DNA of 40,000 nt from a bacterium (GTDB lineage: Bacteria; Patescibacteriota; Gracilibacteria; Absconditabacterales; Absconditicoccaceae): assembly GCA_043772005.1 (NCBI GenBank), contig JAYVGP010000009.1, positions 4,328-44,327 on the forward strand, read 5' to 3'. The position numbers and the translations under genes were made by a program. Below, piece after piece: positions 30,602-40,000 of the stretch; the first letter of the stretch is position 1, and each line of letters opens with the position of its first letter. A model generated the notes under the pieces. The model saw only the letters and a list, made by a program, of their open reading frames with translations, was not told the origin of the DNA and made no database searches.

Positions 30602-31495
30602 TTATGCAATTGGAAGAACAAATCATGTATTTGTAGAACCTGAACCCGATGTATGATCATCGTCTTTATCATCGCTATGATCGTGATCTGAATCGTCTGA
30701 AATCTTTACACCATCTTTTTCTTTTTGTTTCTTTTTGAGATATTCTTCTTTTTCTTTTTGTTCTCTAATTTTGTCTTTGAGAGATTTATCTCATTTATCG
30801 TCCATCTTTATAACCTTACCAGATCATACCTTAGCTCCGGTTCAGGATTTTTTCTCTCGTTCCTTTTGTTTTTCTAGTTTCAATTTCATCATATCACCAC
30901 TTCATTTTGTGCCAGATCATCGTTTTTTGTCTGAATTTATTTTTCCTGTACCCATACTATCTTTATGATGAGGTTTCATATCGCCAGTTCCTTTTGTACC
31001 AGATCATGATTTATGCTCTTCTTTGAATTCTTTTTTTAGGTTTTGATTGGTAGCTTTGGTTGCTTCACGTGCTGCCTGACGAGCATCTTGAAGATCCTGT
31101 CTCATAGACTTAATCGTGGACTCCATCTTAGACTTGAGCTCCTTGCATTGGGTCAGACCTTCTTCTCTCGTAATAGTACCTGAACCTACTTGAGCAATAA
31201 TCACCTTACATGCTGCAATTGTTGAGTTTCTTAGTTCTTGGTTTGCCTTTATAAATTCCTTGCTCGAAAGCATATTTGCCTCTCTTGTGGACTCCCGGTT
31301 ACTGTGAGTAGTATCCAATAGCTTCAATCTATCTTCTTGGTGTTCTAGTTTCTTATGTGTCATACCTGACCCAGTCGTGCCCGTACCAGTGATGGAGTGT
31401 TGATCTACTGTCTTGTCGTCTGCCGATACTACTGTGACTGCTAGTATCGATAAGATACCTATACATATACCCATAACCATGTATCAATGTTTCAT
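30602..31495 (-). CDS. Secreted K/E/D-rich low-complexity protein (297 aa) with GSGTKG(T/S)GDM repeats
   Basis: Signal-peptide-like MKHGYMVMGICIGILSILAVTVVSADDK (ATG 31495-31493). Track ORF 31004..31480 continues through TGA: ...EEHKSGSGTKGTGDMKPHH...KKRGSGTKGSGDMMK...KSGTGAKVGSGKV..., then an acidic/His tail. TAA stop at 30604-30602. Confidence 0.55.
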
Positions 31496-31649
31496 CTGCA
31501 ATTGTAATAAAATAATAAAATTGTACTATATCATACGAACGAGATGATAATTTGCAACATAAGGACAAATAAACCAGTTGACAAGGTCACAATCAATTCA
31601 AAAATCAATTGAAATAGAGAACAACTTGATTATACATCATGACACTAAT

Positions 31650-31726
31650 GGTCATGTAGCTCAGTTGGTTAGAGCGCGTCTCTGATAAGGACGAGGTCGA
31701 AGGTTCAAGTCCTTCTATGACCACCA
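31650..31726 (+). tRNA. tRNA-Ile (anticodon GAU), CCA encoded
   Basis: GGTCATG-TA-GCTC-AGTTGGTTA-GAGC-G-CGTCT-CTGATAA-GGACG-AGGTC-GAAGG-TTCAAGT-CCTTC-TATGACC-A-CCA. Confidence 0.9.
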
Positions 31727-31741
31727 TTACAATTACGATGG

Positions 31742-31769
31742 TCTTCGATGAGAAGATTTTTTGTTTTTA
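31742..31769 (+). terminator. Weak hairpin plus T-run after tRNA-Ile
   Basis: TCTTC-gatga-GAAGA followed by TTTTTTGTTTTT. Confidence 0.4.
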
Positions 31770-31781
31770 TTATATTTTTAA

Positions 31782-33974
31782 CTATTGTTCTGATGGAATT
31801 TTGTTAATAAGGTTCTCATTAAGATCACCTCAAAGACCTAACCCATATACACCATAATCCATGAGTTTTGCAATCTTAGCGCTCACAAACCTACATCGCT
31901 CCTCATGATAGAATCTATGTTCCGTAAAGTATTCACGTAGCTTTCCATGAGTAGGTTTCTTTGATCTCAAAAGACTATGTCGAGCAATATCTTCAATCTT
32001 CCAGTACTGAGGAACAGGATTCCACATATTTTTTTCCTCAGTCATCATATAGGTATATGCTGCGAACATCTCTGATCTCACACCCAAAGATATGGGATTA
32101 TCACTAGCATCATATCCATCGGCAAACTCTTCGAACCAATCACGAACTTTTGATAGCTGTAAATTTACCCCCCATGTTAAGTTTTGATTGATAATTTTTT
32201 TTGCCACCTCATCTACTGTCAGAATATCTGTTAAACGCGACTTAATCGTATTGATAATCTTGCGGCACTGTTCTACCTGAAATAAAGATCAAGCAAGATA
32301 GTTTGCTGTATTGTCGGGTAGGGGTGTTTTGAGTAGCTCTTTGGATATATTCTGAATAATATTTCTACGTGCCAATGGAGTGGGCGGCTCATTCTGAGCC
32401 TCATACACATCCGCAAATAATCGCTTTCTTAGATTCATCGTATGATACTTGTTACGTTTTCTTTTTTCAGGATCTGAGACCGTAGTGTGGCTATCTTTTT
32501 CTAGTTCATCTGCAATATGATTTAAACTGTTCTCTGACTCCAAAATAAGTCTTGTATGACCACTGTTAATCATTTTTATTAGTTCTCATTTAATCCAATA
32601 CTTACCTTTCATGATTTTATCAAAATCACTAATATACATAACATCACAATCATTTAGCTTTTTGGTGAATGTATCAAATCCTTTTGACTTTAGCTCTGGA
32701 TTGGGCTCTTGTGCGATCATCGAGATTTCTTTTGCTAATCCTTCCATACTAAATTCCCATATACGAGCTCTTGGAAATTTACTCTGAATCTCACTGAGAT
32801 AGTGCTTAATGATTGTAGTTTTACCACATCACTTACACCCGCTAATAATACAGTGTTTAATAGTATCATCCGTAATTGGGGATAACTGATCTCTTAGTCG
32901 TTTGGACAACAGACTATCCGCATCGCGATTACCGTTATGAATAGTAAGTTGATTTGATGTTTGAACTTTCTTAGGGCGATTTTTGGAGCGTGCCGCTACT
33001 ATCAAATCATACTCTGATCTTCATTGACCACTTTTGTGACCATATTCTATATGTATTAATTTATGAAAACCAGCTCAAAGGCCTAAAAACTCCTTTGCAT
33101 ACTCTACGAAAGCTCATATCACCTCATTATCAAATATATCCATGTAGCTTTTCACCAACTCTTCTTTTCCAGGATATATAAAATATCGACCAACTAAATT
33201 CTTTGAATTTTGTATTCTATATAATACAAGATTTATTCCACTAATATATAAATTATAATCTTCAATAGAATTATTTCTTTTTAAGATTCACTTAAAATTA
33301 AACCAAAGTTGATTGATGATTTTCTGATCACATACAGGCTTAATCTTAGTATCAAGAAAACAATCTATCACTGGTTTCCCCGTATTAATGTAGGTCTTAT
33401 AGAAATCTGGAGATCAAATAAAATCAATAATAGATCACATAATAGGATAATCTTTGAGATCCTTCTTTATCCTGGAGCTAACGATAGCCGCTCACTTTAT
33501 AAAGTTTTCTACTAAGTTTGTATTCTTCTCTCCACTTCCATAAGTCCACGATATCAGATCATGTTTGATATACTCAAACAAATCGTCTCAATCTTTTCTT
33601 GTTTCAATCAAATATTGATATAGGGATCACTCTTTATCAAGCGCTACCCAAAATTCATCGGCAGTAGGAATGCGTAATTTCTCAAACAACTCTTCTCTTA
33701 TAAATTTAATACTGGATCCCACTGGTCAGCCATCCTCCTCCTTTGGGGGAGTGCTGCTGATGGATGGTATATTTGGAAGTTTTTTGGGAGGATATTGTTC
33801 TGGCAGCCACTCGCCACTTGGCTTCTCTCACATATCGTATTCGTTTCAGGATCATCATCAGGACATCCCCACTATCCCCAATAAATTTATTTGCCCAATA
33901 GAAACTCCTTTACCAAACCTTCATTTGGGGGATTGTGGTAATTTAAGAGGTCAAGATTCTTGTTCAACTCCCAT
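31782..33974 (-). CDS. DnaA-family AAA+ ATPase with about 400-aa N-terminal extension and a divergent C-terminal domain (730 aa)
   Basis: Track ORFs 32289..32573 and 31830..32207 are the tail of one frame that stays open (TGA=Gly) up to ATG 33974-33972. Walker A SGCKGCGKTTII. Walker B and following CDVMYISDFDKIMKGKYWIKGELIKMINSGHTRLILESEN parallels DnaA D.LLIDDIQFL.GK...QEEFFHTFN...GKQIVLTSDR. NLRKRLFADVYEAQNEPPTPLARRNII parallels RLRSRFEWGL...IQPPDLETRIAIL. PLPDNTANYLAGS parallels the lid. The canonical DnaA signatures (GLGKTHL, RQIAMYL, DHTTV) are not conserved. Confidence 0.6.
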
Positions 33975-34115
33975 AACAACTAATGAAAATAACTATCTTA
34001 TAATAAGCATCTATTGTTATATGTCAATATATAATCACAAAAATCAACTATCTAATGAAATTAATACTAAAATCATTATAATCACAATACTTTTTGACCA
34101 CTAAATACATAGCCC

Positions 34116-35771
34116 ATGTCTAAACGCATCGCAGAACTGCTGTATTCTCATGTATCCAGCGACCTCACACTCCTCAAACAACAGTACCCAGATCGTGAAT
34201 GAGACCAGATGGTAGTCAGATTCTCACCGTCTCCAACTGGAATGTTGCATCTGGGAGCCGTATACATGTGTATGATCAATACACTTGTCGATCCACAAAC
34301 ACCGAGAACATTTATTTTGAGAATTGAAGATACTGACCAAAAAAGATTAGTCGAGGGAGCTATAGATCTTATTATTGACGGATTAAAATATTTTGAGATT
34401 GAATTTAACGAATGACCACTTATCAAAACCGATAATTGATATGAAAGCGTAGGTAATTATGGACCATATATCCAGACACAAAGAAGAAAATCATACGATA
34501 TTGTTGCCAAATATCTTATAGAGCACGATCATGCATATCCATGTTTTCTCACCGAAGATGAAGTCGAACAAATCCGCAAGAGCCAGGAGTTACAAAATAA
34601 ACTTCCAGGTATCTATGGTGCATACAGCACCTATCGTCATACTAGTGATGATGATATCATTTGACTTATTGAAGGAAAAACACCATATGTAATTAGACTC
34701 AAAAATAAATACTGACTATGAGACAAAGTTAGTTTCCATGACTTGGTCAAATGAGACAGTACGATGTGAGCCCCACATCAAGATACCGTATTAGTTAAAT
34801 CTGACTGAATTCCTGTATATCATCTTGCTGCTATGGTTGATGACTGGCTCATGTGAGTAACACATATTATCAGAGCAGATGAATGGTTTTCCAGTATTCC
34901 ATTACACCTCTATATCTCATCATTGTTCAATCCACATCCACCTAAGATGGCTCACCCATGACCACTTCTTAAACTCGATGCGGGCAATAGGCGTAAGCTC
35001 AGTAAACGTAAGGATCCTGAGGCCGATGTACACGCCCTACTTGCTGATGGTTATGATGTAGAAGCCATTATCAACTATTTAGCTAATATCGCAAACTCTG
35101 GATACGAGGACTGGTGGTTGGAAGATAATTCAAGATACTACCGTGACTATCCGTTTACAATGGACAAAATTAATAGTGCTGGAGCGATCGTAGATATGAT
35201 CAAGGTGGGCGCAGTGAGTCAAGATACTTTTGGTCGTATGAGCGATAAACAAATCTATGATAAGGCAGTTAAACGATGTCAATCATATAATACTGAGGCT
35301 CTGGATATAATGAAAAGCAACAAAGATATTTGTTTACAGGCAATTAGTATCGAGCGTCATGAAGGCAACGACCCCAAAAGATTTATTACCTATCAAGATG
35401 TAGTAAATCACTGTAGATTGTTTATTGATAGTGAGTTTGATATGATGGAATATCCAGCAGAATGGACTAGCCTGACCTCCGATCAAGTCAGCGAGTTTAT
35501 CAATACCTATGTCCCACTAATTGAGCTCTCACAAACCAAGGAAGCATGGTTTGATCAACTCAAACAAATCTGATGAAAACTTGGCTATGCTGCGAGTAAC
35601 GGGGAATTCAAAGCATGATGATATGTCGGTAAAGTGGGAGATCTCGCGATGATCTTGCGTATCGCATTATGTAAATCTAATAGAACTCCTGACCTATATG
35701 AGACGATGCAAGTGATGGGTATCGAAAGAATAAAAGCAAGATTACAGCAACTAGTTAAGCGGAAGACATAA
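34116..35771 (+). CDS. gltX: Glutamate--tRNA ligase (551 aa)
   Basis: ATG 34116. VVRFSPSPTGMLHLGAV (HIGH region), ILRIEDTDQKR, VYHLAAMVDDWLMGVTHIIRADEW, KLSKRK (KMSKS). Track ORFs 34209..34415 and 35118..35573 are in the same frame. TAA stop at 35769-35771. Confidence 0.9.
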
Positions 35772-35780
35772 AATAACCTG

Positions 35781-35806
35781 GGAACTACTAGATAGTTCTC
35801 TTTTTT
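35781..35806 (+). terminator. Hairpin plus T-run after gltX
   Basis: GGAACTA-ctaga-TAGTTCT followed by CTTTTTT. Confidence 0.5.
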
Positions 35807-35828
35807 ATCAGTATATAAAAATAATCTC

Positions 35829-36992
35829 GTGAACCAATCAACTCTTCAAAAAATAATTATCTACTGATGACTACTCTTGGATGTTATAGGAATCGCAGTA
35901 CTAATACCAGCATTTCCAGAGCTCAAAATATACTATGGGATCAACGATTTTCAGGTGACACTGTGACTAACGATCTACTCACTATGTGCATTTGTGGCTG
36001 CACCGCTCATGGGGCAATTGAGTGATCGCTATGGTCGTAAACTAACACTAACACGATGTGTAGCTGGTACAGTCTTATCTTATGTAATATTACTCATCAC
36101 TCCAGCATACCGAATCTTCTTACTCTCAAGAGTCATCAACGGTATCACTGGATGAAATATATCTATCTTACAGGCGATTCTTACGGACATCTCGAGTAAT
36201 AAGGAAGAGAAAACCAAAAACTTCTGACTTATGTGAGCAATGTTTGGACTCGGCTTTATCATTGGTCCAGTAATCGGATCGTTGCTTCTTAGAGCTGGTA
36301 ATGTATATGGGATATTTTGGTGATGAGCGATCTTTGCAGTACTCGAATTAGTATGAATACTACTATGGTTTCGTAATACCAATACGCCTGAGTCAGGTAA
36401 ACATATCTCACTCAATAGTTTTGGTGTCATCTATAAACACATAAGTAAAGAAAAAATGAGGCCATACTTGATTTCATTTGGGCTATTGGGAGTGGGATGA
36501 TTTATAATCAACTCTACCCAATCATTATACATGAATACTAAATTTGGTACAAGTGGTGAACAATATGGTTATTATCTTGCGATACTATGAGTTATTGCTG
36601 CGGTCAATATGGCCCTATTGATACCTAAATTCTGGACCAAGCATATGAGCAATAAATCGCTTATCACCATGTCACATCTTGCTCTTATTACGGGTTATGG
36701 GGTGATGTGATTTATGACACAAGAGTGGGTGTTTTTAGGTTTTTTTTATGGTGCCATACTATTATGAAACATATATAACCCCCTATATAATGCTGAAATT
36801 ATGTCACAGGCACGTCCTGATGAAGTGGGCGAGGTATCTGGTATGTTATGATGATTACAAAGTTTATTTATGTTTATTGGTCCACTGATAGGTGGGATCC
36901 TTTTGAGTCAGGGTATCAATGTGTTTGCTGTCGCCAGTGTATGTTGTATCATTAGTCTAATCGTCTTGCAATCATATCAAAAAACCAAATAA
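35829..36992 (+). CDS. MFS transporter (387 aa)
   Basis: GTG 35829 (there is no in-frame ATG near the 5' end). LLLDVIGIAVLIPAFPEL and GQLSDRYGRKLTL (MFS motif A-like), with about 12 hydrophobic segments. More than 20 TGA codons were read as Gly. I checked the frame codon by codon to TAA at 36990-36992. Confidence 0.75.
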
Positions 36993-37002
36993 GCATTACC
37001 AC

Positions 37003-37563
37003 ATGATAGCAAAACAACATAAACTCACTACCAAAGAGGTAAATTATCTCATGAGACGCAAACAATCGGTCTACGTAGATGGATATAAGATTTTATACTG
37101 CGATCAATACCTCAACAATCAATACCATCAAACAGGTATCCAGGTATCGGGCAAAGTCCACAAACATGCCGTCCAAAGAAATATTATTAGAAGAGCATTT
37201 TATGCTGCACGAGAAGATCAGATTGACAAAGCAACACACAATCATTATCACAAGATATTCATCGTAATTCATCCTGAGCATTGTGAGTTTATCGAGCAAC
37301 TAATCGAAAGCGAAAGATTATTAAAAATAGTAAATAACAGTGAATCCCCAGGAAAGGAGAAAGATAATAAAAAGACGCCTCATTTAAAATCCAATCCCCA
37401 TCAACAACTCAAATCACATTTTAATAGTATCATCATATCAGCGCTATGAAAAATCAACAAAACACTATCCAAGCCATGATCTCCAACGTACAATCGTTAT
37501 GGAAAAAGTTCAATATCAAGCCCAAGTCGCTCACACTCGATGACGACGAAGACATCACCGTAG
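37003..37563 (+). CDS. rnpA: Ribonuclease P protein component (186 aa when TGA at 37447 is read through)
   Basis: Track ORF 37003..37449 carries the RnpA pattern (KLTTKEVNYLMRRK...GIQVSGKVHKHAVQRNIIRRAFY). Its apparent stop is TGA, so under table 25 the frame continues 38 codons to TAG at 37561-37563. Confidence 0.7.
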
Positions 37564-38684
37564 GTGAGAATTCTGACATTGTTGATCAAAATCACATATG
37601 GTCGATGTCATTTATCTTTTGGTTTGCGTGAGTAGTGGTTGTCTATGTGTGATATCTATTGTTCTCATCATTGGACTTGATCTATCTTATATTTGCGGGA
37701 TATGTGTTTTCGATGGCAGTAGAGAAGATGATTGTCTGGTTTGGAACCAAATTTAGAAGCAGAGGATGGGGCATATTTGTAGCGTATTTTATCTTTATTG
37801 CCGTACTGCTCAGTGGTATGCTTATTATGGTACCATTTTTAGCAGGACAGATCGGTGATATAGGTAGCATTGTACTCAAAGCAATCAATAACACTCAGAC
37901 TCAACTCCAGACAATATGACTTGAGCAAATGGTAGGATCGGCAGAACGAATCCCATCTATTATCAAAGATAATCTCGTTACATATCTCAATGATCAGGAT
38001 ACCGTCTCTAGTATACAAAAGTTTCTCCAACAAAATATTAGTCAAATTGCTAGCACAAGTAGTACATATCTTCAGGGTGCGGGAGGAATTGCGGTCAATA
38101 TTATTAGTGCAATATTCAATGCTCTTACTCAAGTCGGTTTTGTGCTCACCTTGTCGGTATTGTTTAGTATCGAGAAAGATGCTACAATGAAATTGATACG
38201 CAGATTTGATGCAAAACACAATAGCAATCGACACCATAAGATCTCTATGATGTATGAGAAACTCGGTTTCTGGCTTACAAGTCAACTAATCTTGTGTCTC
38301 TTCATCTTTGCGATGAGTGGAATAGGATTACTAATTTTGGCACTGTTTGGGATACAACTACCCAGCATCTTCTCTCTTGCAATCATTGCATGATTAACAG
38401 AACTTATCCCATATATATGACCGTTATTGGGAAGCATACCGGCACTACTAGTAGGCACACTCAATCATGGTTTAGCGTGATTTGTGGGTGTGGGCGTGTT
38501 GTTCTTTGTGATTCAATGGCTAGAAAACAACGTTCTCATCCCACGGATCATGAACAAAACGCTATGAGTCAGCTCATTACTTATCTTCTTGTGTATGGTT
38601 GTGGGAGCAAGTACGCTAGGATTTATCGGTATTGTGCTTGCAGTACCGATTGCGATCATTATTTCGATTGCCACAGAGGAGTAG
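37446..38684 (+). CDS. AI-2E family (PerM/UPF0118) transporter (412 aa from ATG 37446; 359 aa from ATG 37605)
   Basis: Signature GLTELIPYIGPLLGSIPALLVG...VIQWLENNVLIPRIMNKTLGVS...GFIGIVLAVPIA. Track ORFs 37446..37631, 37659..37919 and 37929..38393 are in one frame and joined by TGA. TAG stop at 38682-38684. The start is ambiguous because the first ATG overlaps rnpA. Confidence 0.8.
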
Positions 38685-38750
38685 AAACGATTTGCAAAAT
38701 TTGTATCATTACGGTATAATTAAGCCAATAAGTATTTAAAAACAATATTC

Positions 38751-39518
38751 ATGGATACATCTCGCATCTTGCTCTCGACAGACACTCTCTCAGGATATGG
38801 ACTTGATCACATTTTTGAGGTAGCAGAAAGCGCATGATTCTGAGGAATTGACCTCGCAATGTGGAAAAATTTCGATACATGGAATAGTGGTTATGTGAAG
38901 AAACTTAAAGCAAAACACAATATTGCAGTACCAATCATCCAAGTTTCATCTGATATTAATAGCAAGGAGATGACACAGGCGCTTGAGCTTGCAGCAATTT
39001 TGGAGACTAAAATAATTGTGATCAATCCCCCAGGTACGTTTAATATTGCGTCATATCACTTTATCACCAGTAAGCTGCCACAGATCCAGGCTGACAACCC
39101 TACGATCCAATTTGCGATCATCAATCCACCTGAGGATATGGTGTTCATCCTACCAATCCCTAAGTTCAAATTTAGTAATATAGAGCAAATCACCAGTAAG
39201 TATAACTGTAAAATCTGACTGGATATCACGCATGTTGACGGCGATTTTGTGGATAGTGAACTCATGAAAAAGCTTCCTGTTCACCTCAAAAATACTACCA
39301 CTATCTACGTCTCAGATAAAACGAAAAAATGAGTCAGACATCTGCCATTATGAGAATGAGATATGAAGATCGATCTGTTGTTCAAGAAGATGGCAAAGCT
39401 GAGCTACGATGGATATTTCAGTGTCAAATATACTCTCAACAAGAAACAGCTCGCCGATATGGATGAGGTTGAAGTTGTGTTGAAAAAAGCTATAAGTGTG
39501 ATCAGTAGTTCACTATAG
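38751..39518 (+). CDS. Xylose-isomerase-like TIM-barrel (sugar phosphate isomerase/epimerase family) protein (255 aa)
   Basis: ATG 38751. LSGYGLDHIFEVAESAGFGGIDLAM...ELAAILETKIIVINPPG...GLDITHV...GVRHLPLGEGDM...DGYFSVK follows the AP_endonuc_2/TIM-barrel pattern. Track ORF 38859..39218 is in the same frame. TAG stop at 39516-39518. Confidence 0.6.
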
Positions 39519-39522
39519 TCTT

Positions 39523-39747
39523 ATGGCCTTTGAAAAGAAGTTTAATAAAGTTTTGCTTGGATTGCTCATTGGAACCACGATCGCGGGTGTTGCTGGAGCC
39601 AAGACTCCTACTGGTCAGAAGATTGTCAAGAAGACTGCTTCTGGGTTTTTGTGATGAGCCAAAAAGATGATCAACTTTCTCCAGTGAGGATTAGAGGAGA
39701 TGAAGAAGAAGATTGATGAGAATGAGGATAACAATAATCCAAAATAA
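39523..39747 (+). CDS. Small membrane protein, YtxH-like (74 aa)
   Basis: ATG 39523. VLLGLLIGTTIAGVAGAKTPTGQKI resembles the YtxH N-terminal helix, followed by a charged tail. TAA stop at 39745-39747. Confidence 0.4.
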
Positions 39748-39773
39748 TAACAACAAACAGATTAAAAAAATAT

Positions 39774-39799
39774 CACAACATATTGTTGTGCAATTTTTT
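39774..39799 (+). terminator. Intrinsic terminator after the small membrane-protein gene
   Basis: CACAACA-tat-TGTTGTG followed by CAATTTTTT. Confidence 0.55.
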
Positions 39800-40000
39800 G
39801 ATGTATTCAAAAAAACCCATAATTATTTTATTTTGTCTTGAATTGACATTATAAAACAATATCATATTTTCAATCTCTTGTATGTCCTGAGTAATTATAG
39901 TATATAACTATCAGTAACAAGCCTGTATTTCTTCCTTTGTACTGGTGATAAATAATTCATTATTTTATCTCCAATATTTTTTGCCTTTATGAAATTGATT

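Noticed and set aside
34031-34086. Two ATAATCACA elements (34031-34039, 34078-34086) between the DnaA-family gene and gltX, considered as DnaA boxes of an origin.
   Set aside because: They match TTATCCACA at only 6 of 9 positions. There are just two copies, the same 9-mer also occurs inside a coding region (about 11757), and the adjacent protein is not a canonical DnaA. This is insufficient for an oriC call.
1-40000. Alternative explanation that TGA encodes Trp (table 4, Mollicutes-like), or that the genes are pseudogenes riddled with nonsense mutations.
   Set aside because: TGA sits on invariant Gly positions (P-loops, GGQ, HExxH neighbourhood, LGLGN) and alternates with GGN in a tandem repeat. 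The tRNA-Trp here has a CCA anticodon. Only TGA interrupts the frames, never TAA or TAG, which is not what random decay would give.
1-40000. Search for CRISPR arrays, transposases/IS ends, integrases, rRNA genes and toxin-antitoxin pairs.
   Set aside because: I saw no regularly spaced direct repeats with unique spacers, no DDE or recombinase motifs in any table-25 frame I translated, and no rRNA-like conserved blocks. The MazG-like gene is a stand-alone NTP-PPase fold, not a MazEF pair.

Overview
This window is only interpretable if TGA is read as a sense codon for glycine (NCBI table 25, as in Gracilibacteria/Absconditabacteria-type candidate-phyla-radiation bacteria). The supplied standard-code ORF track fragments almost every gene. 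Chaining same-frame fragments through in-frame TGA, with only TAA/TAG as stops, gives about 34 CDS, 1 frameshifted pseudogene and 3 tRNAs (Pro-GGG, Trp-CCA, Ile-GAU) in a dense, AT-rich arrangement. I saw no rRNA, CRISPR array or transposase.

Content:
- Housekeeping genes: a short alaS, pheT without an adjacent pheS, gltX, miaA, an rluD-like gene, rnpA, malic enzyme, M3 oligoendopeptidase, a short PcrA/UvrD and a minimal K+ channel.
- Envelope genes: a 1121-aa SLH-type S-layer-like protein with no TGA codon at all, and an approx. 1095-aa multi-lamin-tail-domain protein followed by a DUF4012 protein.
- A more AT-rich stretch rich in hypothetical genes (27.4-34.1 kb) that holds a 730-aa DnaA-family AAA+ protein with a very long N-terminal extension.

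Most notable signals:
- The recoding itself, shown inside the window by a 13 x 15-bp tandem repeat in which TGA and GGN alternate at the invariant Gly.
- Complete TGA avoidance in the S-layer gene.
- A strongly over-represented palindromic 9-mer TGTC(W)GACA, with a helically phased 19-bp repeat array upstream of the giant lamin-tail gene.
- Truncated AlaRS and PcrA.
- A perfect sigma70-type promoter that predicts a leaderless mRNA.
- A structured 700-bp non-coding region before pheT.

All coordinates and translations were derived by hand from the sequence. Start codons are the least certain part.
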